A DNA stretch of 64,000 nt, taken from the NCBI GenBank assembly GCA_965206165.1, contig OZ242194.1:3586719-3650718 (forward strand). The letters run 5' to 3'. Positions 8,811-17,431 of this stretch are shown piece by piece. The DNA comes from Acidimicrobiales bacterium (GTDB taxonomy: Bacteria > Actinomycetota > Acidimicrobiia > Acidimicrobiales > CATQHL01). Numbering within the stretch: position 1 is the stretch's first letter; the number at the start of each line of letters is the position of its first letter. The notes under the pieces are model-generated. The model was given only the letters and a program-made list of their open reading frames with translations, had not been told where the DNA came from and did no database searches. Made by a program: the position numbers and the translations under genes.

Positions 8811-9860
8811 TCAGCGGTAGTGGTGGGCGACGTTGTCGGGGTAGCTGCGGGCGAAGTAGTTCCAGAGTTGCTCGCCGTACGTGCTCGGCCTGTAACTGCT
8901 TGCCATGTCGCCGACTCCTGCGTCGGTCTCCGCCTTGCGGGCCATGAAGCCGGCGTTGGCGTGGTGGGGACTTGCCACCACCGCCTCGGCGAACCGGCCC
9001 TCGAGCGGCAGCGGGTTGAGTGGCGCCTCCAACGAGGGACCGTGGAAATGGGCCGTGGAGTAGCGCTCCGCCGAGGAGATGACCCGATGCGCGGTGGCAA
9101 CGAGATAGTTGCCGGTCATGGCCTGCAGGCTCTCACCGAGATTGACCACGAACGATCCCGGCACCCGCGGCACGTCGATCCAGTCGCCGGCGGGATTCTG
9201 CACCTGCAGACCCGGGGTCGAGCCGGGCGAGAGGATGGTAAGGAACCCGGTGTCGTGGTGGGCGTTCACCCCGGCCGATCCGGGCGGCGTGGCCGGATAG
9301 TGGATGAACTTGGTGAGCGACATGGGCCGGGAACCGATGAAGCCCTCGAGATGCTCGGCGGACAGTCCGAGGCCCTGCCAGAGCGCAGCCAAGAGCCGGC
9401 CGGCCAGTACGCCGAGCTGTCGGGACCACTCGTTGCTCAGTGCCTCATGCCCGGCCAGGATGTCGTCGGGTAGCCACTGGTTGGGGCCCAGCAGGCGCAG
9501 GTACTCCGGCTCGGTGTCCCGGGCCAACGCGGGCCACTCGGTCCAGCAGTCGATCTGCTCGCGGATGTCGGGACGGTTGTTGGTGTACTCCGAGCCGACC
9601 GGCTCCCAGCCCCGGAAGTGCCGCGACGTGCGCTTGTCAATCAGCCGCTTGTGCTCAACCGGGAGCCTGAAGAAGCGACGCATCATGTCGTAGGTGGCGT
9701 CGTTCAGGGCGTCGGAGACCCCGTGGCTGACGACGAGCACGAAGCCGACCTCATGGCCGATGCGGCACAACTCCTCGGCCAGTCGCGGTGACGGCCGAGC
9801 CCCGTTCGTGAGGGTCGCCACGTCAACGACGGGAATGCTCTCAAACGGCTGAGCAGCCAC
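8811..9860 (-). CDS. 2-oxoglutarate/Fe(II)-dependent oxygenase (isopenicillin N synthase-like family)
   Basis: 349-aa ORF with a GTG start. Motifs: HYPATPP...VNAHHDTGFLTIL (HxD), ATAHRV (distal His/Arg) and an N-terminal non-haem dioxygenase-like region. Confidence 0.8.
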   Translation of the reverse strand: MAAQPFESIPVVDVATLTNGARPSPRLAEELCRIGHEVGFVLVVSHGVSDALNDATYDMMRRFFRLPVEHKRLIDKRTSRHFRGWEPVGSEYTNNRPDIREQIDCWTEWPALARDTEPEYLRLLGPNQWLPDDILAGHEALSNEWSRQLGVLAGRLLAALWQGLGLSAEHLEGFIGSRPMSLTKFIHYPATPPGSAGVNAHHDTGFLTILSPGSTPGLQVQNPAGDWIDVPRVPGSFVVNLGESLQAMTGNYLVATAHRVISSAERYSTAHFHGPSLEAPLNPLPLEGRFAEAVVASPHHANAGFMARKAETDAGVGDMASSYRPSTYGEQLWNYFARSYPDNVAHHYR

Positions 9861-9980
9861 GGCTTGATTCTACGGAACGCCGCTCGAGGCGCGGCCGCCG
9901 GACCGATAGGTGAGGGCTCTGATCCCGATCCGAGTCATAGAGCATTTCTATACGTTTCAAGTATTTATCCACACTTTGTG

Positions 9981-9994
9981 ATCAACATGTTGAT
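9981..9994. promoter_or_regulatory. Perfect 14-bp palindrome ATCAACATGTTGAT in an AT-rich patch upstream of the 2OG oxygenase gene
   Basis: Read directly. It lies in the only AT-rich stretch (about 9930-10000) of the 9861-10039 intergenic region, about 120 bp upstream of the GTG at 9860. Confidence 0.35.
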
Positions 9995-10039
9995 TGCGGG
10001 ATGACGAGACTCCAGGGCGCGGAGACGCACCCGGCACTG

Positions 10040-11373
10040 CTAGCCGATCTCGACCCTCTCGAGAAGCGCCTCCGCGAGAGTTTCGAGACCGGCCACTCGG
10101 CTGCCCTTGACGAGCACGGCGTCGCCCGGACCCAGCGGCCCCAGCGCGGCGAGCGCGGCGGCTGCGTCGGGCACCGGCGGCGTGCCGTAGGCCGCCTCGT
10201 TCACGGCCAGGAGTTCGATTCCCAACTCGACGGCCAGGGCGGCGACGGCCGCATGGTCAGCGGCGTGGCGGTCTCCCAACTCGGCCATGACTCCCAGTAC
10301 CGCCACACGCCGCCGGGCGGGAGCCGCAGCAAGAGCACGCAGCGCCGCGGCCGCCGATGCCGGATTGGCGTTGTAGGCGTCGTTGATCACCAGCGCACCG
10401 GAGGGAGTGATGCCCACCGCCATCCGCCACGGCGACAGTTCAGCCCGGCCGAGACCATCGGCCACGACCTCGATGTCGACGCCCAGTACCAGTGCCGCAG
10501 CTGCCGCGCCCAGGGCGTTGTGCGCAGTGTGCAGGCCCGCAGCCTGCAAGCGCACCGGCGCTCGCCCCCACGGCGTCGTCAACTCGAACGATGCCTGGAG
10601 CCCGCTGTCGAGGGTGACGGTGCCGGCCCGAACGTCGCCCCCGTCGAACCCGTACGTGACGACCTGCGCCTCGGTCCGAGCCGCCATCGCCGCCACGCGC
10701 GGGTCATCGGCATTGAGAACGGCAGCGCCTGATGGTGGCAGTGCCGCGACGAGTTCCGCCTTCTCGTGGGCCACGCCGTCGACTGTTCCGAACGCCGCCG
10801 TGTGCGCGGCGGCGACGGCGGTCACCACCCCCACGTCGGGGCGGGCCAGCGCCGCAAGGGTGGCGATCTCGCCGGGTGCGTTGGTACCGATCTCGGCGAC
10901 CAGCGCCCATTCGGTTCCCTCGGCTCCCAGCAGGGTCAGCGGCACACCTATGGCGTTGTTGAACGAGGCCGGGCTGGCGTGGACGGCTCCCGCCGCTCTC
11001 AGAGCCGCGGCCAGCAGGTCCTTCGTCGACGTCTTCCCCACCGATCCCGTGATGGCGACCACACGGCCTCCGAAGCGTGCCCGCGCCGCCGCTCCCAGCG
11101 CCCCCAGCGCGGTCTCGGTGTCGGTCACCGCGACGAGCGGCACACCCGGTGGCCGCAGGTCGCCGAGTCGATCCCGGCGCGCCAGGCAGGCGGCCGCGCC
11201 CGCCTCGATGGCGGCGCCGATGAACTCGTGGCCGTCCCGCTCGGCGATGAGCGGGACGAACAACTCACCCGCCGTCAACGTACGGGAGTCGATCGACACG
11301 CCGTCGACGGGGACATCAGCGCCCAGCAACTCACCCCCGACGATGCCGGCCACGTCCGAGAGGGCGAATCTCA
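10040..11373 (-). CDS. murF: UDP-N-acetylmuramoyl-tripeptide--D-alanyl-D-alanine ligase
   Basis: C-terminal 444 aa of ORF 10040-11737. Start taken at GTG 11373 (VRFALSDVAGIVGGELLG, a typical MurF N-terminus); an ATG at 11412 is also possible. P-loop ITGSVGKTSTKD and a Mur ligase C-terminal domain. Confidence 0.85.
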
Positions 11374-11489
11374 CGGATCGAACGTACACCCCTGATGGGG
11401 GCCGACTCGGCATCGCACCAGCCGACGAGCTCTCTGGGCTCGACCGCGCATCGGTCGGATTCATCGACGCGATCGGCGGCACCACTAGC

Positions 11490-12581
11490 GTGACGATCGT
11501 GACCGAGCGCATCCGTCTGATCGTCCTGTACGGAGGCCGGTCGGCCGAACACGACGTCTCGCGGGTATCGGCTGCATACGTTTCGGACTGCGCCCGTGCC
11601 GCGGGTTTCAACGTCGACCTCGTCGGGATCACCCGCGGCGGCCGCTGGATCCGACCGGCGGCAACCTCGGAGGGCCACGCCGAATCGCCGGTCGGCACGC
11701 TCCCGGTGGTGAGCGATGACGACCCCGCTGTTGCCACGGACGACGTACTGGCACAACGACCCGGCGAGTCACTCGTCGTCTTCCCGGCCCTGCACGGCCC
11801 ATTCGGCGAGGACGGGACAGTCCAGGGGCTCTGCGAGATGGCCGGAGTTGCCTACGTGGGGCCCGGCGTGCTGTCGAGCGCGGTCTGCATGGACAAACCC
11901 GTCTCCAAGAGACTCCTGGCCGCCGCCAGCTTGCCGGTGGCTCGCCACGCAGCTCTCCGCAGCGCCGACGTCACCGACGAGACCCCCGCCTCTCTGCTGG
12001 CCGAGTTGGGCAGCCCGGTCTTCGTGAAACCGGCGAACCTGGGGTCCTCAATCGGCATCTCCAAGGCCGGCGATGTCGCCGCGGTGGCAACGGCCCTCGC
12101 GGGAGCGGCCGCCTACGACGAGCGGCTGATCGTCGAGGAATTCGTGCCCGGACGCGAGATCGAGGTGTCGGTACTGGGGAACGAGGAACTTCGGGCGTCT
12201 CTCCCCGGCGAGATCGTGCCCGGCGGCGACTTCTACGACTACGCCGACAAGTACCTCAGCGACGCAGCCGAACTGCATGCTCCGGCGGATCTTCCCGACG
12301 AGATCGTGGACGACTCGCAACAACTCGCCGTTGCGGCCGCCCGGGCGCTGCGGGTCGAGGGCCTCGCCCGAGTCGACTTCCTGTACAACGAGGCGGCGTC
12401 ACCCGAGCGGCGCCTCATCGTCAGCGAGATCAACACCATGCCGGGGTTCACGCCGATCTCCATGTATCCGCGCCTCTGGGCCGTCTCCGGTCTCGACGGC
12501 CCGGCGCTGATCGGCGAACTGGTGCAGCTGGCGCTCGACCGCCACCAACGTCGCTCCGCCCACAGACGCACCTCCCGCTGA
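11490..12581 (+). CDS. ddl: D-alanine--D-alanine ligase
   Basis: C-terminal 363 aa of ORF 10383-12581, from the GTG at 11490: VTIVTERIRLIVLYGGRSAEHDVS..., FVKPANLGSSIGISK, EINTMPGFT. The upstream 369 aa of that ORF is antisense to murF and low-complexity. Confidence 0.85.
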   Translation: MTIVTERIRLIVLYGGRSAEHDVSRVSAAYVSDCARAAGFNVDLVGITRGGRWIRPAATSEGHAESPVGTLPVVSDDDPAVATDDVLAQRPGESLVVFPALHGPFGEDGTVQGLCEMAGVAYVGPGVLSSAVCMDKPVSKRLLAAASLPVARHAALRSADVTDETPASLLAELGSPVFVKPANLGSSIGISKAGDVAAVATALAGAAAYDERLIVEEFVPGREIEVSVLGNEELRASLPGEIVPGGDFYDYADKYLSDAAELHAPADLPDEIVDDSQQLAVAAARALRVEGLARVDFLYNEAASPERRLIVSEINTMPGFTPISMYPRLWAVSGLDGPALIGELVQLALDRHQRRSAHRRTSR

Positions 12582-12617
12582 GCGCTGCCGGCAACAACGG
12601 ACGGCCCGGCGGGTCGG

Positions 12618-12782
12618 CTAAGGGCGGCGATCCACCAAGTCGATTGGTCGGAGTCCGGCGTCAGTCAAGGCGTACATCCAGGGCCCAACCGGCGCACTTC
12701 GCGCGCAGTCGGTGAGTCGGGACCAGTGTTTCTCGACGATCTCGAGGCTGTGTTGAAGAACTCCGCGGCCATCGTGCTTCAC
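12618..12782 (-). CDS. Small ORF (54 aa) translationally coupled to the DUF433-like gene; possible toxin-partner remnant
   Basis: Not in the ORF track (<60 aa). Manual translation: VKHDGRGVLQHSLEIVEKHWSRLTDCARSAPVGPWMYALTDAGLRPIDLVDRRP. Its GTG overlaps the upstream TGA (GTGA at 12779-12782). The only functional hint is its position next to a DUF433-type gene. Confidence 0.25.
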   Translation of the reverse strand: MKHDGRGVLQHSLEIVEKHWSRLTDCARSAPVGPWMYALTDAGLRPIDLVDRRP

Positions 12783-13513
12783 GCCGCTATCGAACGCTGT
12801 TGCTCCTCATAGGCCACCGCGGCGCGGACCTCGTGCTCCGGTAGGTCGTAACCCTCCGAAATGACCTTGAGAGGCTCGCCGGCGTCGTACAACTCCCAGA
12901 GCCGATCTGTCGACACCCCCCGCACCGAAGGCCGGCCGAAGCGAACCAGCGGGTCGATAACCACTGACGACGCACGTCCGGCCGGGCGAAGCCGGCTGGC
13001 GGTCTCCTGCGAATCAAACTCGACCTTGCGGAAGAACCGTTCCGCCTCGTCGGCAAGAAGGATCGTCTGCCCAGACGGGACAACGATCGCGAGCGGCTGC
13101 GGGAGGTCGTTCTGGCGTTGCAGCATCAGCACGAGATCGCGTCCGTGCACAAACGGCCTGGCCGTTGCAAGGGGGTACAGAGTCTGATACTCGTCGTGAA
13201 GCGCAGCAATCACGGGACGCAGCCGCTGCAGCGGTACACCCTTGCGCCGGTACTCGCGCAGATAGCCGAGTTCGACGAACTCCCCCCAGGTGACGATGCC
13301 GTCACCTGTGTGTTCAGGGCGTATCACTGGCTGGTAGAAGGTGCCACCCCGCTCGTACCCATCAAGCCAGGCGCGCACGCGGCCAACGCCGAGACCGAGC
13401 AGGCCAGCCGCCTCGCCGACTCCGTAGAGGGGCCTCTCAAGAATCGAAACAGAGGTACTCGTCAGACTGCTCCTTCGGGATGCGAAACGCTGGGCGCTGT
13501 TCACAGAGTACAC
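12779..13513 (-). CDS. DUF433-type antitoxin-like protein with an N-terminal HTH-like region
   Basis: 244-aa ORF. The C-terminus DPLVRFGRPSVRGVSTDRLWELYDAGEPLKVISEGYDLPEHEVRAAVAYE matches my recollection of the DUF433 pattern. The N-terminal GVGEAAGLLGLGVGRVRAWL resembles a MerR-like HTH. The exact start is uncertain. Confidence 0.55.
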   Translation of the reverse strand: MYSVNSAQRFASRRSSLTSTSVSILERPLYGVGEAAGLLGLGVGRVRAWLDGYERGGTFYQPVIRPEHTGDGIVTWGEFVELGYLREYRRKGVPLQRLRPVIAALHDEYQTLYPLATARPFVHGRDLVLMLQRQNDLPQPLAIVVPSGQTILLADEAERFFRKVEFDSQETASRLRPAGRASSVVIDPLVRFGRPSVRGVSTDRLWELYDAGEPLKVISEGYDLPEHEVRAAVAYEEQQRSIAA

Positions 13514-13648
13514 AGGAGACTCCAGCGTCCAGAGCCGCGAACCTCCATGGGAATGCGATGCCGGGAGTCCAGCGGAGCGGAACTCCGACAGGCGCTGAGC
13601 GTCAGTCTCCTTGGTACATCGCCGACCGTTACCAAGTAAACTTCGAAT

Positions 13649-13888
13649 GTGGTCGGTATGCAGGAGTTTCGGGTGTCATCATCGGGGCAGATGTCGCTCC
13701 CGGCTGCTGCGCGCCGCCGCTGGGGCCTGGACGGCGGCGGACCCGTCGATGTGCTGGACCTGGGCTTCGGCGTCCTGACCGTCCCCAGAGGCGAGGGACG
13801 GCAACTGCTCAACGACCTGCTCGGTCGCGACGACCATGCCGCCTTCGTCCGGTCGCTGGCCGACGATCCGGACCTCGCCACCACGTGA
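13649..13888 (+). CDS. AbrB/MazE/SpoVT-family antitoxin
   Basis: 79-aa ORF (the ATG at 13658 is also possible). VSSSGQMSLPAAARRRWGL is a typical swapped-hairpin AbrB-type DNA-binding motif. GTGA overlap with the downstream ORF. Confidence 0.65.
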   Translation: MVGMQEFRVSSSGQMSLPAAARRRWGLDGGGPVDVLDLGFGVLTVPRGEGRQLLNDLLGRDDHAAFVRSLADDPDLATT

Positions 13889-14322
13889 CCCGAGCAGTCC
13901 TCGACGACCATCTTCTCCGGGACTTGCTTACCGGAAGCACCGGTCCCGGGCTCGAAGGCGTGCTAGCGGATCACGAGCCAGCGACGACGAACCTGTACTT
14001 CCTGCGCCTGTGCAAGAGCGTCTTGTCCGCGCGGGGCGGGGCTCTGACTGGTTCGCTACGACCCGACGTGCGCCGCGCGCTTGGCCGGCAGCTCATCGCG
14101 CTCCCCGGCGGGATCGAGGTGATACCGATGCGTGATCTCGCATTCCGCATGGCCGAGCTGTGCGCCGCCTACCGCCTGTCGAATCTCGGCGCCGAAGCCG
14201 TGGCCGCTGCCGAGAAGCTCGGTGGGCCGCTTTGCGTCTGGATCGGGGACGACGGTCCCCACATCCGGGCCGCCATGGAGGGAATCGGCGAGTACCAGAC
14301 GATCTCCCCGAGGAGCCCGTAG
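13885..14322 (+). CDS. PIN-like toxin candidate, partner of the AbrB-type antitoxin
   Basis: C-terminal 145 aa of ORF 13480-14322, from the GTG at 13885 (overlaps the antitoxin stop). VLDDHLLRDLL at the N-terminus and LSNLGAEAVAAAEKLGGPLCVWIGDD resemble PIN motifs, but I cannot place all of the acidic residues. Confidence 0.45.
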   Translation: MTRAVLDDHLLRDLLTGSTGPGLEGVLADHEPATTNLYFLRLCKSVLSARGGALTGSLRPDVRRALGRQLIALPGGIEVIPMRDLAFRMAELCAAYRLSNLGAEAVAAAEKLGGPLCVWIGDDGPHIRAAMEGIGEYQTISPRSP

Positions 14323-14368
14323 GAATCTCGGGAATTGTGAGCCCGCCGACAACCGAGGGCGAAGAAAC

Positions 14369-14980
14369 TCAGCCGACGAGGGCGGAGCGGAGGAAGCGCA
14401 GGAGTTCGCGTCGACGGACGACGGTGTCGCGGAGGGTGGGCTCCATGCCGACGGTGCGCAGCACCTCCACCTCGGTGGCCACACCCATCACCGTGGAGTA
14501 GGTGGACACCAGCAAAAGCCGCGGATCGCAGCGGCGGATCCGCCCCGACTCCATGCCGGCCTCCAGGAAGGCGCGGGCACGCTCAACGAGCGGCTCGAAG
14601 CCGGCGCGCACTCTGTCCATCCAGGGTGGACCCAGACGGGTGACCTCGCGCAGCAGTCCGAGCATCTCGGGGCGACGCACAGCGAACCGGAACACCGTCC
14701 GCACAACCGCTTCCACCCCCGCCCATGCGTCCGGCGGCTCGCCATCGTCCCCGGTCGGCGGAGGCGACGCCTCGACGGCGAGCAGGAGCGCCGTAGTCAG
14801 ACCGGTCACCGTCCGGTCGATCACCGCCTCCATCAGAGCTTCCTTCGAACCGAAGTAGTACAGGACCGTCTGCTTGCGAATCCCGCTGTCCCGGGCAATC
14901 GAATCCAGCGAGACGGCGTCGTAGCCGCGCCCTCCGAAGGACACCAGCGCCGCCTCGAGTATCCGGTCCCGCGTCTGCAC
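14369..14980 (-). CDS. TetR/AcrR family transcriptional regulator
   Basis: 203-aa ORF with a GTG start. N-terminal HTH: RDRILEAALVSFGGRGYDAVSLDSIARDSGIRKQTVLYYFGSKEAL. Divergent from the reductase operon. Confidence 0.9.
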   Translation of the reverse strand: MQTRDRILEAALVSFGGRGYDAVSLDSIARDSGIRKQTVLYYFGSKEALMEAVIDRTVTGLTTALLLAVEASPPPTGDDGEPPDAWAGVEAVVRTVFRFAVRRPEMLGLLREVTRLGPPWMDRVRAGFEPLVERARAFLEAGMESGRIRRCDPRLLLVSTYSTVMGVATEVEVLRTVGMEPTLRDTVVRRRELLRFLRSALVG

Positions 14981-15009
14981 CGCTTACCACCCTAGTTGAG
15001 CCCCCGGTT

Positions 15010-15094
15010 CTCTACCATCTGGTAGAGCGGCCCTAATCACCGGTCGCCTCAATCCATCCCTACCATGTGGTAGATGTCTCTACCACATGGTAGA
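15010..15094. promoter_or_regulatory. Three palindromic operator-like sites (consensus TCTACCA-NN-TGGTAGA)
   Basis: Read directly: CTCTACCATCTGGTAGAG (15010-15027), CTACCATGTGGTAG (15060-15073) and TCTACCACATGGTAGA (15079-15094). All lie between the tetR start (14980) and the ATG at 15104. Confidence 0.7.
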
Positions 15095-15103
15095 AAAAGG
15101 GGG

Positions 15104-17431
15104 ATGATCCCCGAAGCATTGGCTGGAAAGCGCATCGCCCTCACCGGTGCCACCGGATTCCTGGGCACCGCGCTGGTGGAGAAGCTGCTGCGGTCGGTCC
15201 CCGAATGCGAGTTGATCCTCCTGGTCAGACCGGGTCGCCGGGGTGCCACCGAGCGGATCCGCCGAGAGGTCCTCCGCAACGATGCCTTCGACCGCCTCCG
15301 CTCCGCCCTCGGGAACGACGGCTTCGGAACCGAGACCGCCCAACGCCTCCAAGCCGTCGCAGCCGACGTGAGCATGGACGGTCTGGGGTGCGACCCCGAG
15401 GGCCGAGACCTACTGGCGGGCTGCGACATCGTCATCCACGCGGCCGCGGCCGTTGCCTTCGACAACCCGTTCGACCTCGCCGTGGAGACCAACCTCCTCG
15501 GGCCGATACGCCTCGTCGAGTTGCTGACCGAGCTCGGCACGACGCCCCATCTGGTGTCGGTTTCGACGGCGTACGTGGCCGGCAACCGCCGGGGGTTCGC
15601 ACCTGAGGAACTCCTCTCCGAGAGCCACTTCGCCGTGTCCGTCGACTGGCGCGCCGAGGCGGCCTCTGTACAACGCAGCCGCGACTCCATCGAGGACGAG
15701 AGCCGCACACCCGAGCGCCTCGCCGAGTTTGCGAAGGAGGCGGACGCCGAACTCGGTGCCGCCGGCACGGCCGCCCTCACTGCCAAGCGCGAACAGATAC
15801 GCCACCGCTGGGTGCGCACCCGCCTGGTGGACGTGGGTCGGGCCCGGTCGGGCTCCCTCGGCTTTCCCGATTCGTACGGTCTCACCAAGGCCCTTGCCGA
15901 GACGGCCCTGAGCGAGACGCGCGGCAGCATCCCACTGACAATCGTGCGACCGTCGATCATCGAGTCGGCGCTGGCCGAGCCGTACCCCGGCTGGATCCGC
16001 GGGTTCCGCATGGCCGAACCGATCATCATCTCCTACGCACGTGGGTTGCTGCAGGACTTCCCCGGAATCCCCGAGGGCACCCTCGACGTGATCCCCGTCG
16101 ACCAGGTTGCCGCCGCCGTCTGCGCGGTGGCCGCCGACGGGCCGGCCGCCGACGGTCGGCCGAATGTCGTGCAGGTGGCGTCCGGTGCGGTCAACCCGTT
16201 CCGGTTCGCGGATCTGCATGACTGGTCGCACGCCTGGTTCTGCGAGCACCCCATCTACGACGAGCGCAACCAGCCGATCAGCCCGCCGCGCTGGTCGTAT
16301 CCCAGCCGCAAGCGTGTCCAGAGCCACCTGGACCGTGCCAGGCGCACCTTGCTCGTCGGTGAGAAGGTTCTCAGCGCCCTACCGGTGCGGGGCGAGAAGG
16401 CGGGCATCGCCGCTGGATTCGCCGAGAAGCGCGCCCTGGTCGAGCGGGCGCTCAGCTACGTCGAGCTGTACAGCGGCTACGTGGAGTGCCAGGCCACGTT
16501 CGGGGTCGAGAAGCTCCTGGCACTGGGGGAGTCCCTCACACCCGAGGATCGGAAGAACTTCGACTTCGACCCGCGGCGGATCGACTGGCACACCTACGTG
16601 ACCGAGATCCACCTGCCCTCGGTGATCGCCCAAGGTCGTCTCAAGACCGCGCCCGCCAACCGGACCGGCGCGGACCGCGACACCCGGCGCCGGACGCAGG
16701 TGCTGTCCCCCCAGCGGCACATGGCCGCCTTCGACCTCGAGAACACTCTGGTCGCGTCGAACGTGGTGGCGTCGTGGGGTTGGCTGGCAACGCGGCGGAT
16801 GCCAGCGGCCGACAGGGCCCGGCTGGTGGCCCGCACCCTCGCCGAGGCGCCGAAGCTACTGGACCTCGACCGTCACGACCGCAGCGACTTCCTCCGCTAC
16901 TTCTACCGCCGCTTCGCCGGAGCGCCCGTCGAACAGGTGGCCAACGACAGCTTCGAAATGTTCAGCGACCTGCTGTTGCGGCAGTCGTTCCCCGCCGCCA
17001 TCCGCCGGGTCCGCCACCACCGGGCACTCGGCCATCGCACCGTGCTCATCACGGGCGCCCTGGACTTCGTGATCGCTCCGTTCGCTCCCCTGTTCGACGA
17101 CATCGTCTGCTCCTCGCTCACCCGCACCCACAGCGGTGGGACTTACACCGGCCAGTTGGCGGAGGTGCCACCCACGGGCGAGAGTCGTGCCGAGGCGTTG
17201 CTGGACTATGCGGCCCGCGAAGGCCTGTCGCTCGCCGAATCCGTCGCCTACGCCGACTCCACGAGCGACCTGCCGATGCTCGAGGCGGTGGGCTTCCCGG
17301 TGGCGGTGAACCCCGAGACCAAGCTGGCAATGCTCGCCCGGCGTCGAGGCTGGCTCATCGAGAACTTCAAGCAGGCTCCCGGCGCACCGCGCAGGCTGCT
17401 GCCCCTGGCCGAACCGGTGGTGCGGCGATGA
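15104..17431 (+). CDS. Fusion protein: fatty acyl-CoA reductase-type NAD(P)-binding domain + HAD-IB superfamily hydrolase domain
   Basis: ORF 15074-17431. I prefer the ATG at 15104, which follows AAGGGGG and lies downstream of the operators. N-terminal domain: LTGATGFLGTALVEKLL and SYGLTKALAE (YxxxK). C-terminal domain: AAFDLENTLV (HAD motif I with Glu at the second acidic position) and YADSTSDLPMLEAVGFPVAVNP (motif IV). Confidence 0.8.
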   Translation: MIPEALAGKRIALTGATGFLGTALVEKLLRSVPECELILLVRPGRRGATERIRREVLRNDAFDRLRSALGNDGFGTETAQRLQAVAADVSMDGLGCDPEGRDLLAGCDIVIHAAAAVAFDNPFDLAVETNLLGPIRLVELLTELGTTPHLVSVSTAYVAGNRRGFAPEELLSESHFAVSVDWRAEAASVQRSRDSIEDESRTPERLAEFAKEADAELGAAGTAALTAKREQIRHRWVRTRLVDVGRARSGSLGFPDSYGLTKALAETALSETRGSIPLTIVRPSIIESALAEPYPGWIRGFRMAEPIIISYARGLLQDFPGIPEGTLDVIPVDQVAAAVCAVAADGPAADGRPNVVQVASGAVNPFRFADLHDWSHAWFCEHPIYDERNQPISPPRWSYPSRKRVQSHLDRARRTLLVGEKVLSALPVRGEKAGIAAGFAEKRALVERALSYVELYSGYVECQATFGVEKLLALGESLTPEDRKNFDFDPRRIDWHTYVTEIHLPSVIAQGRLKTAPANRTGADRDTRRRTQVLSPQRHMAAFDLENTLVASNVVASWGWLATRRMPAADRARLVARTLAEAPKLLDLDRHDRSDFLRYFYRRFAGAPVEQVANDSFEMFSDLLLRQSFPAAIRRVRHHRALGHRTVLITGALDFVIAPFAPLFDDIVCSSLTRTHSGGTYTGQLAEVPPTGESRAEALLDYAAREGLSLAESVAYADSTSDLPMLEAVGFPVAVNPETKLAMLARRRGWLIENFKQAPGAPRRLLPLAEPVVRR

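Noticed and set aside
10383-11489. N-terminal 369 aa of the 732-aa ORF that contains ddl.
   Set aside because: This part is antisense to murF and Ser/Ala/Pro-rich, and it precedes a typical Ddl N-terminus (IRLIVLYGGRSAEHDVS). An internal GTG at 11490 gives a normal-length Ddl.
12582-14368. Direct repeats flanking the 12.6-14.3 kb toxin-antitoxin region, analogous to the hipBA cassette.
   Set aside because: Comparing the two borders by eye (GCCGGCAACAACGGA vs GCCGACAACCGAGGG) shows only weak, short similarity, which is not convincing.
16486-17427. N-terminal extensions of track ORFs: 16486-19044 (LarA-like), 61150-62610 (P450), 62304-63416 (SDR), 6017-6865 (TPK), 57428-58180 (TetR), 58160-59902 (mutase), 49391-50845 (FAD oxidoreductase), 10040-11737 (murF).
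   Set aside because: Each extension overlaps the upstream gene or intergenic DNA in another frame and is Arg/Pro-rich. Internal starts with RBS-like sequences or 4-bp stop/start overlaps give family-typical N-termini.
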